Assembly: GCA_964036045.1 (NCBI GenBank)
Contig: OZ038378.1
Coordinates: forward strand, 4,898,001-4,962,000
Source: Eutreptiella sp. 'Long Island Sound 2002'
Taxonomy: Eukaryota > Protista > Euglenida
Length of the DNA: 64,000 nt
Direction of reading: 5' to 3'
Part shown: in pieces, positions 49,116 through 62,008 of the stretch
Layout: each line of letters starts with the position of its first letter
Position numbering within the stretch: the stretch's first letter is position 1
Translations under genes and position numbers: made by a program
The notes under the pieces: model-generated
Databases searched by the model: none
What the model was told of the DNA's origin: nothing
Seen by the model: the letters and a program-made list of their open reading frames with translations, nothing else

Positions 49116-49451
49116 TCATGCGAATCTGTGGTGCGCCTTGACCGCCTGCGATGAAGTGGAATACATCAAGTGGCTTAAGATGTTGACTGGAGGTTTGGAG
49201 ATGTCCACCGTGTCCAGGATGTTGTGGTGGTTGGCCCGGTGCCCGCTGCGGTCCCTGTACAAGTGGAAGAACACTGCCATCGCCTGGAATAGGGAATTCT
49301 GCTGCGGCTTCGTATAGTGCTTGTCGAGGGTGTAGTGGGACGTGCCCCGACGCTGTGCCTTGGACACGACGAAGAAGTAGGGCCTCTGGTCGCACTGGGT
49401 CTGCACGATCATGACGTCCGAGGGGCACCCGCCCAAGCCTTGGCCCAGGTG
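49116..49451 (-). CDS. TMEM209: TMEM209-like exon 4 (terminal)
   Basis: ccattgcag|HLGQGLGG...RPYFFVV...NSLFQAMAVFFHLY...HHRFA*. Confidence 0.85.
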   Translation of the reverse strand, partial: HLGQGLGGCPSDVMIVQTQCDQRPYFFVVSKAQRRGTSHYTLDKHYTKPQQNSLFQAMAVFFHLYRDRSGHRANHHNILDTVDISKPPVNILSHLMYSTSSQAVKAHHRFA

Positions 49452-52400
49452 CTGCAATGGCGGGGGCGGTCGGATGCAAAAAGGCAGCAGGTCACTTGTG
49501 GGAGGGGAATGGGAAGTGCAAAGGGGGGAAAGGAGGTGGTGCCGGAGAAGAGGGACCAGGAGTGAGAGAAGAAGGGGGGGAGGGGGGCTGCGATGAGAGG
49601 CGAGGGGAGGGTTCTTTTGAGCCCCGTTTCCATCACCCCCGGATGGTGACGTGTGACCTGTCACGTGTGTGGTGTTGGTTGGTCAGCACAACAGGCAGCA
49701 CACGCAGCTCACAAGAGCGGAGGAAAAACTTGTCAACAGCCGAAAAGCGGCCCTAGGCGCCTTTCGCAAAAAGATCGGCGAGATGCAATGTGAATGGACC
49801 TTTTTGCGTGAGAAGGGAGGCAACATTATCAGTGTCATACATGCAATACCAGGACATGCCGCGGAGGAACAGCGAACCAAAGCCATAGCCGGCAACGCCG
49901 GCAACGAACAAACAAGACAGCCAGCCGCTGCTCTGTGCCACCCACAGAGATCTGCACCCCCTCCCCTCAGGGCTCCCGGAAGCGGCCTAAAACAGGCCTG
50001 GAAGGGGAGGCCCAAGGGGGGGGGCTCAGGTGGGGGTGGGGGTGGGGGTGGGGGCGGGGGCTCTTGTGCACCAAACGACCCAAAACAGTTTTTCCAGCCA
50101 AAAAATGGGTTTCCTCAGAGGATCACCCCCACACACCACGTGATGCTGCGATTGCCGCTGACCAGCGGGATGCAGGCTTTCCGGGGGAGGGGGGAACATG
50201 CCAATGTGAGCGCCGTGGCTGTGATGGGGGATGATTTTTCCTCGCCCACCCCTGAGCTACGCACACTGCCGCCCCAGCAGGTTGGCTCGGGGGGGGGGGG
50301 GGGGATCAAGGGAGGGCATCCACAAATGAAATGCACAAGTTTGTGGACATATGGGGCAGTGCTAGACCTGGTGGTGCTCCCCACAGCTTTGCGGAAGCAC
50401 CAATGTTCCGCAATGGGGCGAAGGCACTGCTCCCTCGGCACACACACACGCACAAACCTTCCCACGCAACAGGGGGCCTGTGGAGGGTTGGCAGAAGGGG
50501 AGGGCGGGGGAGGTAAGGGTGGGGGCCAGGGATGCATTGGAAGGGGGGCCCTCCAGGGCGCCCAGCCTATGCCCAGCCACTGTCTCCCTGACGGCAACTG
50601 CCAGCTTCGATGGCATTTGTAACCGACAGTAACCGCCCCCAACCGCTTTGGCAACCTCCTCCAACCGCCTACCTAACCGCCTCTGGGGCCGCCTGCGAGG
50701 TCCCTCCCTTTCTAATGCATCCCTGGTTGGGGGCCAGGGCCCCTCGTCGCCCCCCCGAAACAAAGCGCACCGGCACCTGGATGGCGCTGGGGTGTGCCTC
50801 CATGAAGTGCCGCTGCATGAACCCCTGCCCCCCGATGGGCGGCGTGTGCTCGTCGAAGTACGCCGAGCAGAAATGCATCAGCATCAGGAAGTCGTTGGGC
50901 AGGCCCCCAGGACCGCCGGGCATCGCCCGCCCGTCCGGCCCCTGCGGGTCCCTCTGCGACTCCCGCGCGACTTTGGCCGGGTCCCACGCGAACTCCCGCA
51001 GGCGGTCCAGCGCGTACTGCCGGAGGGTCGCCGGGTCCAGCTGAGACCGGAGCAGGGGGTTGGCCGACAGGTTGAGGAACCGCTCAATGGTGAGGCGGCG
51101 CTGGACGAGCCGCGCCTCGAGGCCCTGGCGCTTGGGGAGCTCTTCCTCGAGAATTTGCTGCCGGGTCTTCTGGGCCCCCCCAAAGCCGCCGGTCTGCTGG
51201 GGCTCGGACAGAGAGGACCCGCAGAGGAAGATCGGGGCGTTCTGGGACGTGAAGAACTTGTCGCACTCGGGCATGTCCATGAGCACTGGCTGCAGCACCT
51301 ACGAAGGGGCGGTGTACGTTTGGCACTGCCCCTGTGTCATAGGGGGAGTATCTGCGCCGCGTGTGCACCGCGCGCTACTTTTACGGCGGGTTTACCCGGC
51401 ATGGGTTGGCTTTTGCCCCCCAAATGCCCCCGAAGGAGAGCAAGGCCTTGGGTACAAGACCTGTGTAAACATCCCTTCATCCTGCCCCATCCAGCGCCTC
51501 CGAAGGTGAAGATACATAAGACGGCCCCTTGGCAGCAACCACCACCCTTTGGTTTGGGGTCTCCGCTGGAGTGTCGATCTTTCCTCCCCTTGTCCCAACA
51601 GCGGAGGTAAATTACAGCTCTTCCAGCCTAGCCACAAGTTAATCTACAGCTGCTTGGTTGGGCCAAACAGCTGAATTTCCGCGCGGCGCACGCACCACGT
51701 GCAGGTCATGTCAGGTGCTCCCCCATGGCCCCTGCCGTCTTGGAGGTCACCAATGTGAGGACAAAATCAAAACGGCTACGTAACCCATGCTGTCTTGGGA
51801 GCCCACATTGTGGGCAAAGTGGCTACATAACCCCTGCTGTCTTCGGGGTCTCCAATGTGGGGACAAAATCAGAAGGGGCTGCATAACCCCTGCCACCTTT
51901 ACAGCTCTAGAGTAGCCACAAGAGTACAAATTGGCGCCTTTATGTGGCTAGATGGGCTAAAATGGGTCCAGATGAGCTCAAAAATGGGCTCAATTCACCT
52001 GCTCGTGTATCCTGAAAATGGGCCATTTTGGGGACCAAAAATGGGTCAAAAACGTGTTTTTCCAAAAATGATCCTGGACCATTTAATCCCAAGTTTGAGC
52101 CCACAACTGGATGGTAGAGGCCCGGGGCGCGGGCGCCAAGTCGGGAGGTGCCCTCCCAAATCTGCGCAGTTTTGGGCCAAAAATGTCCTTTTTTGGCCCT
52201 AAACAGCCCTCAAACCTGTTCAAAAAAGCCAAACTGAAGGAAGACGGTTGGGACACTCCACAACTAGCTTCACTTTCTCGTTTCAATGTGCCCTTTGCTG
52301 CCCTCTAACTCCACGATATGGCCGAGGAACGCCCTTAAAAGGCCCAAAAAAGGCCCTAAACCTGTGCACTTTGGCTGCAAACGGCCCCTAACCAAGAACA

Positions 52401-55400
52401 GGCTGTAAGTTGGGCTATGTGGCCCAAAATGTGATTCCGGGGGCACCTAGTCCACCCGCAAGCCCTGGCTCCTTGTGGTTTCCACCCCTCAAAATTGCCC
52501 AAGTGGACGCCTAACTAAACCCCCACACCGGTGCCCACTTGGCTCGTGCAAGCATGCGGCTTGGGCCTTAAATGGGCCGGGCCCTAAATGGGTCCTCCGG
52601 GTCCACTGGGGGCAAATTTTTGGCCGTTTTCAAAGTTGCTCGCATGCCACATGAACAAGTTATTTTAGCCGGTTTTGAGCTCGTGCCGGGCTGTTTTGCT
52701 CCAGAAATCCCAAAATGCCTTGAAAATGGGCTGTTTGAGGACCAAAAATGGGTCAACGATGAGTCAAAACCGTGTTTTTTGAAAAATGATCTGGGACCAT
52801 TTAGAATGTACAAACAAGTGAGATGAGCCCATTTCAAGCCCGTTTTGAGCCATTTTGACCCATCAAAGGTCAAAAAAAGGCCTTTGGCAAGGGCACCTGT
52901 GGGGGTGCAAGCCACCAGACTTGGCCTGCGTCGGAGTCACTTGCATGGCACTTGACTCCTCTGTCAGGCCCTGCTTGAACAAGGCCGAAAAGGGGGGGGG
53001 GTGCAGTACCTGTGTCACCAACCAAATTTTGATATTCTCGGCCCACGTCTCGATTTCATCGGCGATACCCAGGGCCTTGTACGACTCCTCCGCCTTCCGC
53101 CGCAGCTCCCATGTCTGTTCGGTGATAGGGCGCGCGGCGTGGGGCATGGCGGGGGCCATGCAGTCGCCTTCCATTTTGCGGAAGGGCAGTGGATTGGGCT
53201 GGCCTCTGGCAGGGCCCTCAAACTGCGATACATACCCCCCAGAGTACCCCTGTATACCGGTCCCGGGCCGCCGCACTGTCCGTGTCTCGGCCTTGAGCCG
53301 ATCCAGCTCCGCCGAGGTCCACACGTCGTTGCCGGCAGCGTGTTTGCGCGCCCTCTGCACTGGGGCCCACGCGACTGGCCCCGGCGTTGCGAACAGGGGG
53401 CTGGTCTGGGAAGCAGCGCGTGAGGGTTGGGTGTTTGACTCGCGCACCAGAGGGCTGCGCGAGGGCTGGTCTTGTTTGGGGGTGCGGGGACGGAGTCCAG
53501 CAGCAGAAGTTGTGGAGGTGTAGCGGGAATCACGTGAAGCAAGGGACTCAGCGGGCGTAGAGCACATGTCGGGGGTCACGAGGTCGAAATCTTGGGGAAG
53601 CCGTGCGTCCTTGTCCAGCCCCAACAGGGCCTGCGAATGGCATCGCAATGCGAATGGGCCCAACGGCGCGTGGAGCGGACAACGGGGGCGCGCGTGTGTG
53701 CAGGCGATGCGGGAGGTTCGGGGGCAGGTTTGTCCCGTTGACAGAACAATATTTGGTTGCGCAAAATCCGCAACTGTTGATAATCGTCTTGGGAATGAAA
53801 CTCCGATTTGTAAAAAATAGTTTGTCAAAAGTGCGAAGACACCCACAGATCCCACCTTCTGTTTTGCACACGGCCGCACACTGTACCCCATTTGAAACTC
53901 TTCCCATGCCTGTGCCTCCCCTTCCCCCGTCTGGCCTGCACGCATTCATGGTGGCACTTCGCTACCGTTACCCCACCATTTGTCCGTTGATAAAACGTTC
54001 GTCCAATCTTTAATTGCGTCTGCTTCTGAAAATTGTCTTCCTCTTTTTTTATTTCTTGCACCCCCTCAGTCTCCCTGACGACACTCTTTCCCCCTTTGCG
54101 TGTTCCCAGGGCGCCCCCTCATAAAAAAAAATAACAATGTCTGTGTCACCAACACTCATAAGTCAAAAGGGCCACACCATGCAGAACAGGGGAGTGGTCA
54201 AACCAGGAAGTTGGCTGGTCACTGCCAGCATTTAGTCATCAGCGGTCAGCTGGTGACTGGAGCACCACCACCAAGCGAACGGGTAGTCGGGACAGCTCGG
54301 GGCAGAAGGGGGCTGAGTACCCTGAGTGGTGGTCTTGCCCCCTCATGGACCCTATGTGTACTACCCGCTTGTGGCGTTCCTTTTGCTCTGCCTGTATCAC
54401 ACATTCCCTTACTCTGTCCCACCAGCGGAAACATCCACGTCCTGCCCCTGCCTCGCCCTGCCAGACTGCCACTCGCCAGTACGTTCCCACGCACGACGTA
54501 GGCCTATCCCCAACGCTCCCCAATACCCCTTGCCCTGCCTACCCACGTCGACCACCAACACCTTATGCCAGCCTTGCCCATCAGGATGCTCTTCCTCACC
54601 CCTCCCCACTGCGGCCTCCCCAATCAGCCTGACCACATTGAGAGGCTGGCCTCGTGGGCGGCCAGGTATGCCCTGCATATCTCCTTCTGCTGTCACTGCA
54701 CCCCTCCGCCCCCCGGCCTCCCAGAGCAAAAGCGTTTCCTTTTTGGTGACCCCAGGCGGTGCAGGTCAGCGTCAGGTTGCGACAGAGGGGCCGCATAGGT
54801 GTCCCTCGGCGGAGGCAGCACAGCGAATCTGTGAAGCTCGCAGTCATCCTTTACAGTGTCAAGGAGCATCTGTTGGGGTGACCAATGCTGACTGCCGTTG
54901 AACAAGGTCCAGATCAGCCCAAATGAAAGGAAATGGTGTGCAGTCCATCCTCCCGATGCCATGCGGATGCTACAGCTGCGGCGGTTTTGTACACATCGCC
55001 TGCAGAACAAAGCCCCCAAAAGCTGCATTTGGACTACCCCTGAGCCAAGGGCCAAGGTTCAGTGCAGGGGGGCGTTTTCGCACAGCGCGGGCACAGCGCG
55101 GGCACAGCGCCAATTATTACGGTGATTATCCAGGTAACAACCCTGAAAACCACCCACCTGCGGAATCATGCACAATCAATTCAAAACTCAAAAATTCAAA
55201 CATCTGATGCTTGCCATGGGTCCCAGGGACCTGAATTCTGCCCCCTATAGCCCCGTCCACTGCAGCAGCCATTCAATGACGTCCTTTCAATCTTCTGAAC
55301 TTACGGAACTCCCGGTGGTGGAGAACAGCCAACTTTTCGCACAGCGCGTGCACAGTGCACGGTACGCCCCCCAGGAGTCAATACACAGACTGACTGAAGA

Positions 55401-56615
55401 GGGGGGATTGCTCGCCGAAAGTGGTGGTCATGGGTCCATAAGTACCGGAGGTACCACAAGTACAAGAACAAGTAGCCAAACTGCCGGACCGCTTGCTCCA
55501 AAAACCGTTCAACGCAGACAGGTCAAAAATACACGCATCAACCACCGGTATTATGTCTGTGCGACTCCTCAATTCGGTGGCATCAGTGGGACACTGTAAG
55601 GCAACCAACACAGAACATACTGGAGGTGCATTTTGTGGGAAAATTTGTGACATCACCAGCAAAACTGGATTGCAAAGAAATGGAACTTACGGCAGTGCAC
55701 AAAAATGCACAACAGTGACGTGCATTTTGGCCCTCCCATGCACACAGGTGGGGACAAAGGTTTGCCGGGGGACAATTTCGACAGGTGGAATTTCGGAAGG
55801 GGAAAATTTCGACACCTCCCAGAATCCTGAGGCTTGATGTTATACCCTGGTGGGCTTTGGATGGTTCCTGATATTTCATGATGGGCTCTGGATGGAAACA
55901 AACACATCTTTGTCCCTTGCCTCCGCCCAGTACACCGCTGCACAAATCTGAATTTGCAGTACTCAGCTGCATCTGAATTCACAGCGAATTTGCTGGCCAC
56001 ACGCCGCGAAAATTTCGCCCGCAATTTCCCCCCCTCCTGTACACACAGGCATGGCACACCCTGGGCCCTTCTGGAAAGGGTGCGCACCTGACTTTGTGCG
56101 GAGAGGCGTTTGTGCGCCGGCATCCACTCCAGGTCTCTCTTCTTCCAGCGAAGGAGCATCAGCATGGCCCTCAGTACCAGCAGTGCTGATAGCCAGTAGC
56201 AGCAGGTCGGCAGCCACGGCAATGCCGCCCGGTACAACTGCAGCATGATCACTGGCATTTGTGGCCGGGGGTTTGCGCCCGACAGCCATACCCCCACCGC
56301 GGCGACTACCGCCGCGAAGGCGATGGAGTCGAGCCCACGGGCCTTCTCACGCAGCCGGTGGTACGCGCGCACGTGCGCGACCTTGTCGATGTGCGGGTGC
56401 TGCCATCGCTGCAGCGCTGGGGGCGGGGCAGTCATCGCGGGGGTCAGTGGGTACTTTGCGTAGGGCTCCCAAGGGTACCTCGGCTGTGGGGCAGGGGAGT
56501 ACCGGGTGTCCCACGCTTGGGTCGTGTTGGAGGGCCAGGGCGGGGCCGTGCCAGGCCATGCCAGCGTCGTGTTGCTGCACGAACTCGGGGTGGCGTGAGT
56601 ACCGACCGTGACCAT
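49116..56615 (-). CDS. TMEM209: TMEM209-like nuclear envelope protein (CytochromB561_N family), 4 exons
   Basis: N-terminal TM helices, Q..LLGL, S/T/P-rich middle, LGI..IE.W...IK.WL..QVLQP, YALDRLREFA, LPND.LMLMHFCSAYFDE, NSLFQAMAVFFHL. All four exons are phase 0 with GT-AG introns. Confidence 0.85.
50526..50726. mobile_element. MITE-like element with about 23-bp terminal inverted repeats, in TMEM209 intron 3
   Basis: ccagggatgcattggaagggggg versus reverse complement ccagggatgcattagaaagggagg. 200 bp, non-coding. Confidence 0.8.
50777..51298 (-). CDS. TMEM209: TMEM209-like exon 3
   Basis: cttcgtag|VLQPVLMDM...LPNDFLMLMHFCSAYFDEH...HPSAIQ|gtgccg; strong GC3 bias. Confidence 0.92.
51745..51900. 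repeat. degenerate tandem repeat (ggctacataacccctgctgtc...caatgtggggacaaaatc units)
   Basis: Three partial units visible. Confidence 0.75.
51950..52870. repeat. interspersed repeat with internal duplication
   Basis: accaaaaatgggtcaa...gtgttttt..aaaaatgatc.gg.accattt at about 52035-52083 and 52741-52802. Confidence 0.7.
53010..53630 (-). CDS. TMEM209: TMEM209-like exon 2
   Basis: ttcgcag|ALLGLDKD...IETWAENIKIWLVTQ|gtactg. Confidence 0.9.
56088..56615 (-). CDS. TMEM209: TMEM209-like exon 1
   Basis: ATG at 56615, two or three hydrophobic segments, ends ...LSAQSQ|gtgcgc. Confidence 0.85.
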
Positions 56616-56904
56616 GGGCGCGGAATCGGAAGTCCGGCGGACCTCCCAATGCCGACGGGCCTCACAAACAAAAGCGGTCAGATGTCACAAGCGCCGCGTG
56701 CGCTGCCCTAAGCCCTCGTCCGCTGCGAAACACACGCCCTCCGCCCCTCGTATACGCCGCAGCCGTGCCCGATGGTTCCCTTGGCCATTTGCCATTCCAC
56801 TTATCCCCCCAGCCCCCCCACGAAAGACCCGGCAACTGCTCATCCAATGCGTACCCCCTTGCGAGAACAACACCAAAACCCCAAAACTTGAGGGAAACAA
56901 CACC

Positions 56905-57190
56905 GAGTGGTCTTTCTGACAAGGGGGGGGGGGTCCGAGGGGGGTGGGTGGGTGCCCCCCCCCCCCCCTCCCCCACTGGTCCCCAAATAATGGAAGGCGG
57001 ACGGCCGAAGAAAAACTTTTGGGTCTAAACTGACTGGCGCTGAAGGTGCCAGAGAAAGATTTTGATTGGACCGAAGGTCCGGAGCAAAATTTGGCCCAAT
57101 CACTTAAGTGGGGGGGGGGGGGGTCCGAGGGGGGGTGGGTGGGTGGTCTAGAACCCCCAGCCCCCTGAGACGACTCCCCCCTTTAGTGGT
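56905..57190. repeat. G-rich element with direct repeats upstream of TMEM209
   Basis: G(n)tccgagggggg(g)tgggtgggtg at about 56922-56955 and 57110-57146. Confidence 0.75.
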
Positions 57191-58593
57191 GCTGAGTTGT
57201 TAAATGGACGTCTGGGGGGGGGGGGTACTTACAAAGGGCAAAGTAGGACATTGCTCCAAAAGTTGCAGAAACAACACCAACTGTTGTTCTGACAAGGGGT
57301 TATTCTCGCAGGGGTGTGGGGATACGTGCAGCGCACTCTCGGATGCACTCTGCCTCCAATTTGTCCAACGGCGAAGTACCCGTCGGGGGCTTGGACAAGC
57401 CGTCGTCAGACGCTGCACGTGTGCACGCACAGATACTGCGCGTCCCTGGCAGGTCTGTGATGCGATGTCCTCCGGGTACCCGCACATGAGCCACGGGGTT
57501 GCGAGACCACCTCTGGTGCGGTAGGACGTGATATCTGTGCCTCATGCTGTACTTGCCCCTGAAATCGGACATCTTTTGTATCCTGTTCAATCGCGTGCAG
57601 TCACGTCCGACACCGTTGTGATCACTTGGTGGGGAGAAAATTGGGTTGAGGGGCGGGGGCCCCTTGGGAGTCCATTTTCCAACCCTCCCCCCCCCAACAC
57701 CAGCATGGGCTCCTGAGTCTTCCTCCTTACATCAGTGGGGTACAATTTTTTTTTAATTTTTTTCAATTTTTTTTCCACCCATCAGCATAGGGTAAAAACA
57801 AACAAAATTGGCGCTTGGACTTGGGAGCTGATTTTCTCAACCCCCCCTCCCGCACCATCCTGAGGCCGCTGGGCCCCCCCTCAGCCCCCCAGAGCAAATT
57901 TGTCGTCGCCCTACTGCGGCATTTGAAATGGTGCATGGGAACAGACATGTCCCCTCGGCTCAGTGGGAGGTCCCGCACAGTGTGCATACGGTGCGGTGCG
58001 TTTGCCATGGTTCCAAGTGCAAAACCCCGAAATGTACCCACTGTCGTCAGGAAAGCCACTTCCTGTTTGCTCAGGTGTCAGAGACTTTGCCCCTGCATGA
58101 CGTTGCATGTGTCTGCTTCAGGGGGCGTCCTGTGGTGTCGAGTCTCGCACCGCTTTGTTAGAACGTCTGGTGCGTACGCTTTTGGGCCGCTGCATGGGGG
58201 AAGAGCAGAAAAATGAAATGGATTGAAGGATCAACTCACTTGTATGGTAATGGCACCACCAGACCACGCACAGGCGTAGCCGGGTCCAGGCGGTAGCCTC
58301 CCTATGAAGCACAGTGCAGCTCATAACGGCAGGGCTTGGCCCCATGGACACCCGCAGGCTCAGGCCACGGATACTCCGCCCACAATACTCCCATTTACGG
58401 GCATCCGACTCCGCACTGCAATATTCACTTGAATCCGGCGGCGCATGATCTGCACCATCGCTTGATCAGTGTGGATGCATGACATCGGCAGTGTGCGCAC
58501 CAGCTTGATGAGGCACTTGTTCCCAATGTGACCCTGACCCCACCTCAGCTGAACTCCCCTCCCCTGTACTGACCAACCCCTCACTCATGTGAC

Positions 58594-59100
58594 GGTCATG
58601 TTACGGTTTTCAAAACATTCACGACAGTTTGATGCTGTTTTTCTTGGTATTGGAGAACTTCGCTCAACTTCCAATGCATGCCACGATCGTTCAAGAAACC
58701 CATGCCTCTCGAAAGCGGCTCAACAAAGATCTCTTTGGGTTCTTCCTCTTGAAACCCAGCGATTTGGGGTTTTGAATGACACCAAGGAGGTTTGGTGGTC
58801 ATATTACGGTCCTCAAAATATGAGATTCACAGATTGTTGCTGGTTGTTTTTTCTTCGGAATTGGGGAACTTCGCTCAACTTCCACCGCATGCCGTGTTCG
58901 TTAAAGAAAGCCATGGTTCTCCAAATAGGCTCCAGCACGGAGAGATCCGGGCAAAACACTGGGCCCACGGGTATGTTGCCAGGAGCCATTCTCTCAGTGG
59001 CGGACCGCCGAGAGCAACAGAATTTTCTTTGGCGCCCTGGGCACCAGAGTTTATAGCGACTGATAGATGGTCCTGGAAAGTGGCGGTCCCGCCCTCAACC
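58594..59100 (-). pseudogene. diverged tandem duplication (period 211 bp) of a coding-like unit with a Tc1/IS630-like PDL..LE..W motif
   Basis: gaacttcgctcaacttcc at 58655 and 58866. Peptides MAFFNEHGMRWKLSEV and MGFLNDRGMHWKLSEV. Upstream CPDLSVLEPIW and EWLL..YPW. Confidence 0.4.
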
Positions 59101-59251
59101 CCCACCCCCTGGCCTTTGTGGCAGTTCTATTGAGCCCCCCATCCCAAATACACACAAAAAATTGAAGGTCAAATTCCGGAATTGCCCAAAGACGTCATGA
59201 GATCGGAAAATGAAAAACATTGCGAGACCGACCCACCTAATGATTCTTCGA

Positions 59252-59645
59252 GGCAGTGCACTTTGGTTCCTAGACTTTGGTGCCTGTCGGATTTTCGGCA
59301 GACCGGCAGTTTTTTCAACAGGATACAAACCTAGTCAACTTCAAAATTCTTGTCTCTCCATCCCATCTCACTGCCACCCCCCCCCCCCCTATTGAAAGCA
59401 ATCCGGGATGGGATACCCCCCAGTAAACTCCAGTGTCCTCCCATCTTCCTTCCCTTTTCCCCTTTCCTGAAGGAGAGGCCAGAGCGCAGCAACACGCCCA
59501 CCAAGAGCTGAGGCTTGGCCCCAATTGTAAAGACGGCAAGTGTAAAGATTCAGGAGTCTGTGCCCCTTGTAACCACCAAAATACTCACACCAATCCCTAC
59601 ACAAGCACACATAATACCCTCCCCAATCCTTGCTTGGCGTGCAAA
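59252..59645 (+). repeat. second copy of the 20182-20545 repeat
   Basis: Colinear match by eye. Confidence 0.9.
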
Positions 59646-62008
59646 TCATAAATTCGTGATGCAGAGGTATCGTCATGTTGATCAGCAAAGGCACATTAAA
59701 GTATCCAAATTGTGCACTGTGCCATGCAATGGGTCTGCCATGGGTTTGCTAAAAGCCAAGCGACATGAGTATGGCGACTAACGCCTGCCAGTGGCATTTA
59801 GCACGCCGTTTGCACTGGCGCTGTGCGCCGAGGAAGTACTCAGATGAGTCCTCTTGCACCCCGCGCATAGAGCCAGAAGAGTCGGAGTTCATGTCTTACT
59901 CAAGTGGCCGTGCCATGAGCCTCGCGATTGGCAACTCGGTATCATATCATGTCTGCAGACAATCTACAGTAGCACAGGACCATAGATTCGCCTCCGTGAG
60001 CGGGGGACACAATAGAGTATGCATCAAACTGGCCCAGGGACCCCTTTTGAAGAAGATCCCGGCTCAGGTCTCCAGAACCAGATAAGGAAACATCAACTGA
60101 GTATGACACAAGAAGCACCCCATCTGTATCCATGAATCCACCTTTACAACTGACATACGGGTAACCCTCTGAGTACCAGCACCTTCTTGGCGACCTTTGA
60201 TGGCCTGGTCATCGCGTCTTTACTCAGTTGTGTTGACAAGAACAATGCTTGCCTGGTTGGGGATGGTTTACCACAGACATTCTGCTACATTGGGCCTGCA
60301 GTGGGTCTGGGTGCAACAGCCCCAGAGAATCCCCATTGGGAGGTGCATGGCTCAACATGCTAATTTCATGAGACGGGTCAGATGTGCCAATACCTGGCAC
60401 TCACGAGATTCCTAGATGCCTCGAGCACAGTCCAAATGGATGGACTGGGCTGCGGAGAATGGCGCCTCATACAACAACCGCTTCAAGCTGTTTGTGGGAG
60501 AGTATTCCGGGAGTTAAATACATGAGACCCAAAGCTGAGCCTACTCATCAATTTTCAATGTCTTGTGCACAATTCGCTTCCAATTAGATGCGAGAAGTGC
60601 CAGCAGACAGAAATGATGATTCTGGGCGATGCTCCCCACCCCCCGCCCCCGCCCCAATGCCAAACCCCGCTCGCAAATTGATATTGCCTCCAGACAAGGC
60701 ACGGCCCATGCGCAGCGGCCAAAAAGTTGAAAACACAATTGCAACCGGGAGCCAGAGCATGCATGGTGTCCTTTATCCCAAAGCCAAAACAGGACTGCAC
60801 GCAATTGCACTGACGCAGAGTTTCAGAATCACATTCATCCAAAATAAGCATTCCTGCGCCTTTCATATTTCATTCAATACAATTGGACATGGCCTTTGCC
60901 AGCCTTGGGCTTGGGCTTGGAGCTGGAAGACAACTGAGACACAGAGGGAGGCTTGTGCGGCTCAGAACAACAGAAAGATGCCTCAGCACCAAAGCTGCAT
61001 GCCGATTGATCATCACCATTACAAAAGAATGGTAATTCTATTGTCCTGGTATTGTAATGGTAATTCATAATGGCAATGCCATTACAAAACATGGGACCGG
61101 AGTGAAATCAGGCCCCTGAATCCCCTGTAGAGACGAGACGAGGCATAGCTTGGACAAAGCGAGGGGGTGCGGGGGGGGGGGGGGGAGTGCCCCAGAACCC
61201 TCATCTCAAGCACCGGCAGGCAGCAGGAAAAGTGGTGTGACGTGATCTGCGTACAGCATTCGCTCGTCATGCAGAGGGTCCATAAGCCCCTAGAGGAACC
61301 GTCAGGCACCTAAACTCCGCAGGCACACAAAACCGCGAGCTGAGGAGGACATTGTGTGCCAAGGCTCAGGGATGAGGCATGCGGGGCATAACAAGTCGGA
61401 AATGGTACGTTGTACGAGGGAGGTGCATGCGAGGGCGTATACAGTAGCGGGGATGTGAGTGGTGGTCGGTGGAATGTGAGGTGCGGAAGGCGAAATTCGG
61501 TGTGTAGGGGCTCTGGAATGTGGAGTCGTCAATTGGGGGTTGGCAAGAGGGAATGAGCAATGTGGGGATGGGGTTACGGGGCATGGGATGGCGGAGAATG
61601 GGATGGCTGCGTGTGACAGGTCAGAGGTGGCGTGGGACATGCGATGTGGGACGTGGACAGTGGGAGGTGCAGGTGGAATTGTAAGGGAGCTTAGCACATG
61701 GGAGATGGAATATAAGATTCGGGAGGCAATGCAGATGGTGGGTGGGGCACAGCAAAATGGATACGCTCCGACTTTGTGAACCGTATGATAGATGGAGCAA
61801 ATGGAGATTGCTGTGCCTGTACAATTCCTGCACAAGAGAACACAAATTTTGTTGCAAATGCACTGGTAAATTGGTTACGGGTCAAAAATGGCGATCACAG
61901 GGCAGTGATCTCCAAGCACCTCATCAGGCCAAAAGAAGAATGCAAGTCATGAGGCTAGGCGCCTTTCTGTATGCAGTCAGGATTGAGGGGAGCGAGGGAG
62001 GGGTCTCG

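Noticed and set aside
49669-50622. 317-aa minus-strand ORF in TMEM209 intron 3
   Set aside because: Runs through a MITE and G tracts; low complexity, no domain.
50648-51610. 320-aa plus-strand ORF
   Set aside because: Antisense shadow of GC3-rich TMEM209 exon 3; no recognisable motifs.
59800-60590. coding-like plus-strand frames with stops, possibly a LINE C-terminus
   Set aside because: Resemblance too vague to name.
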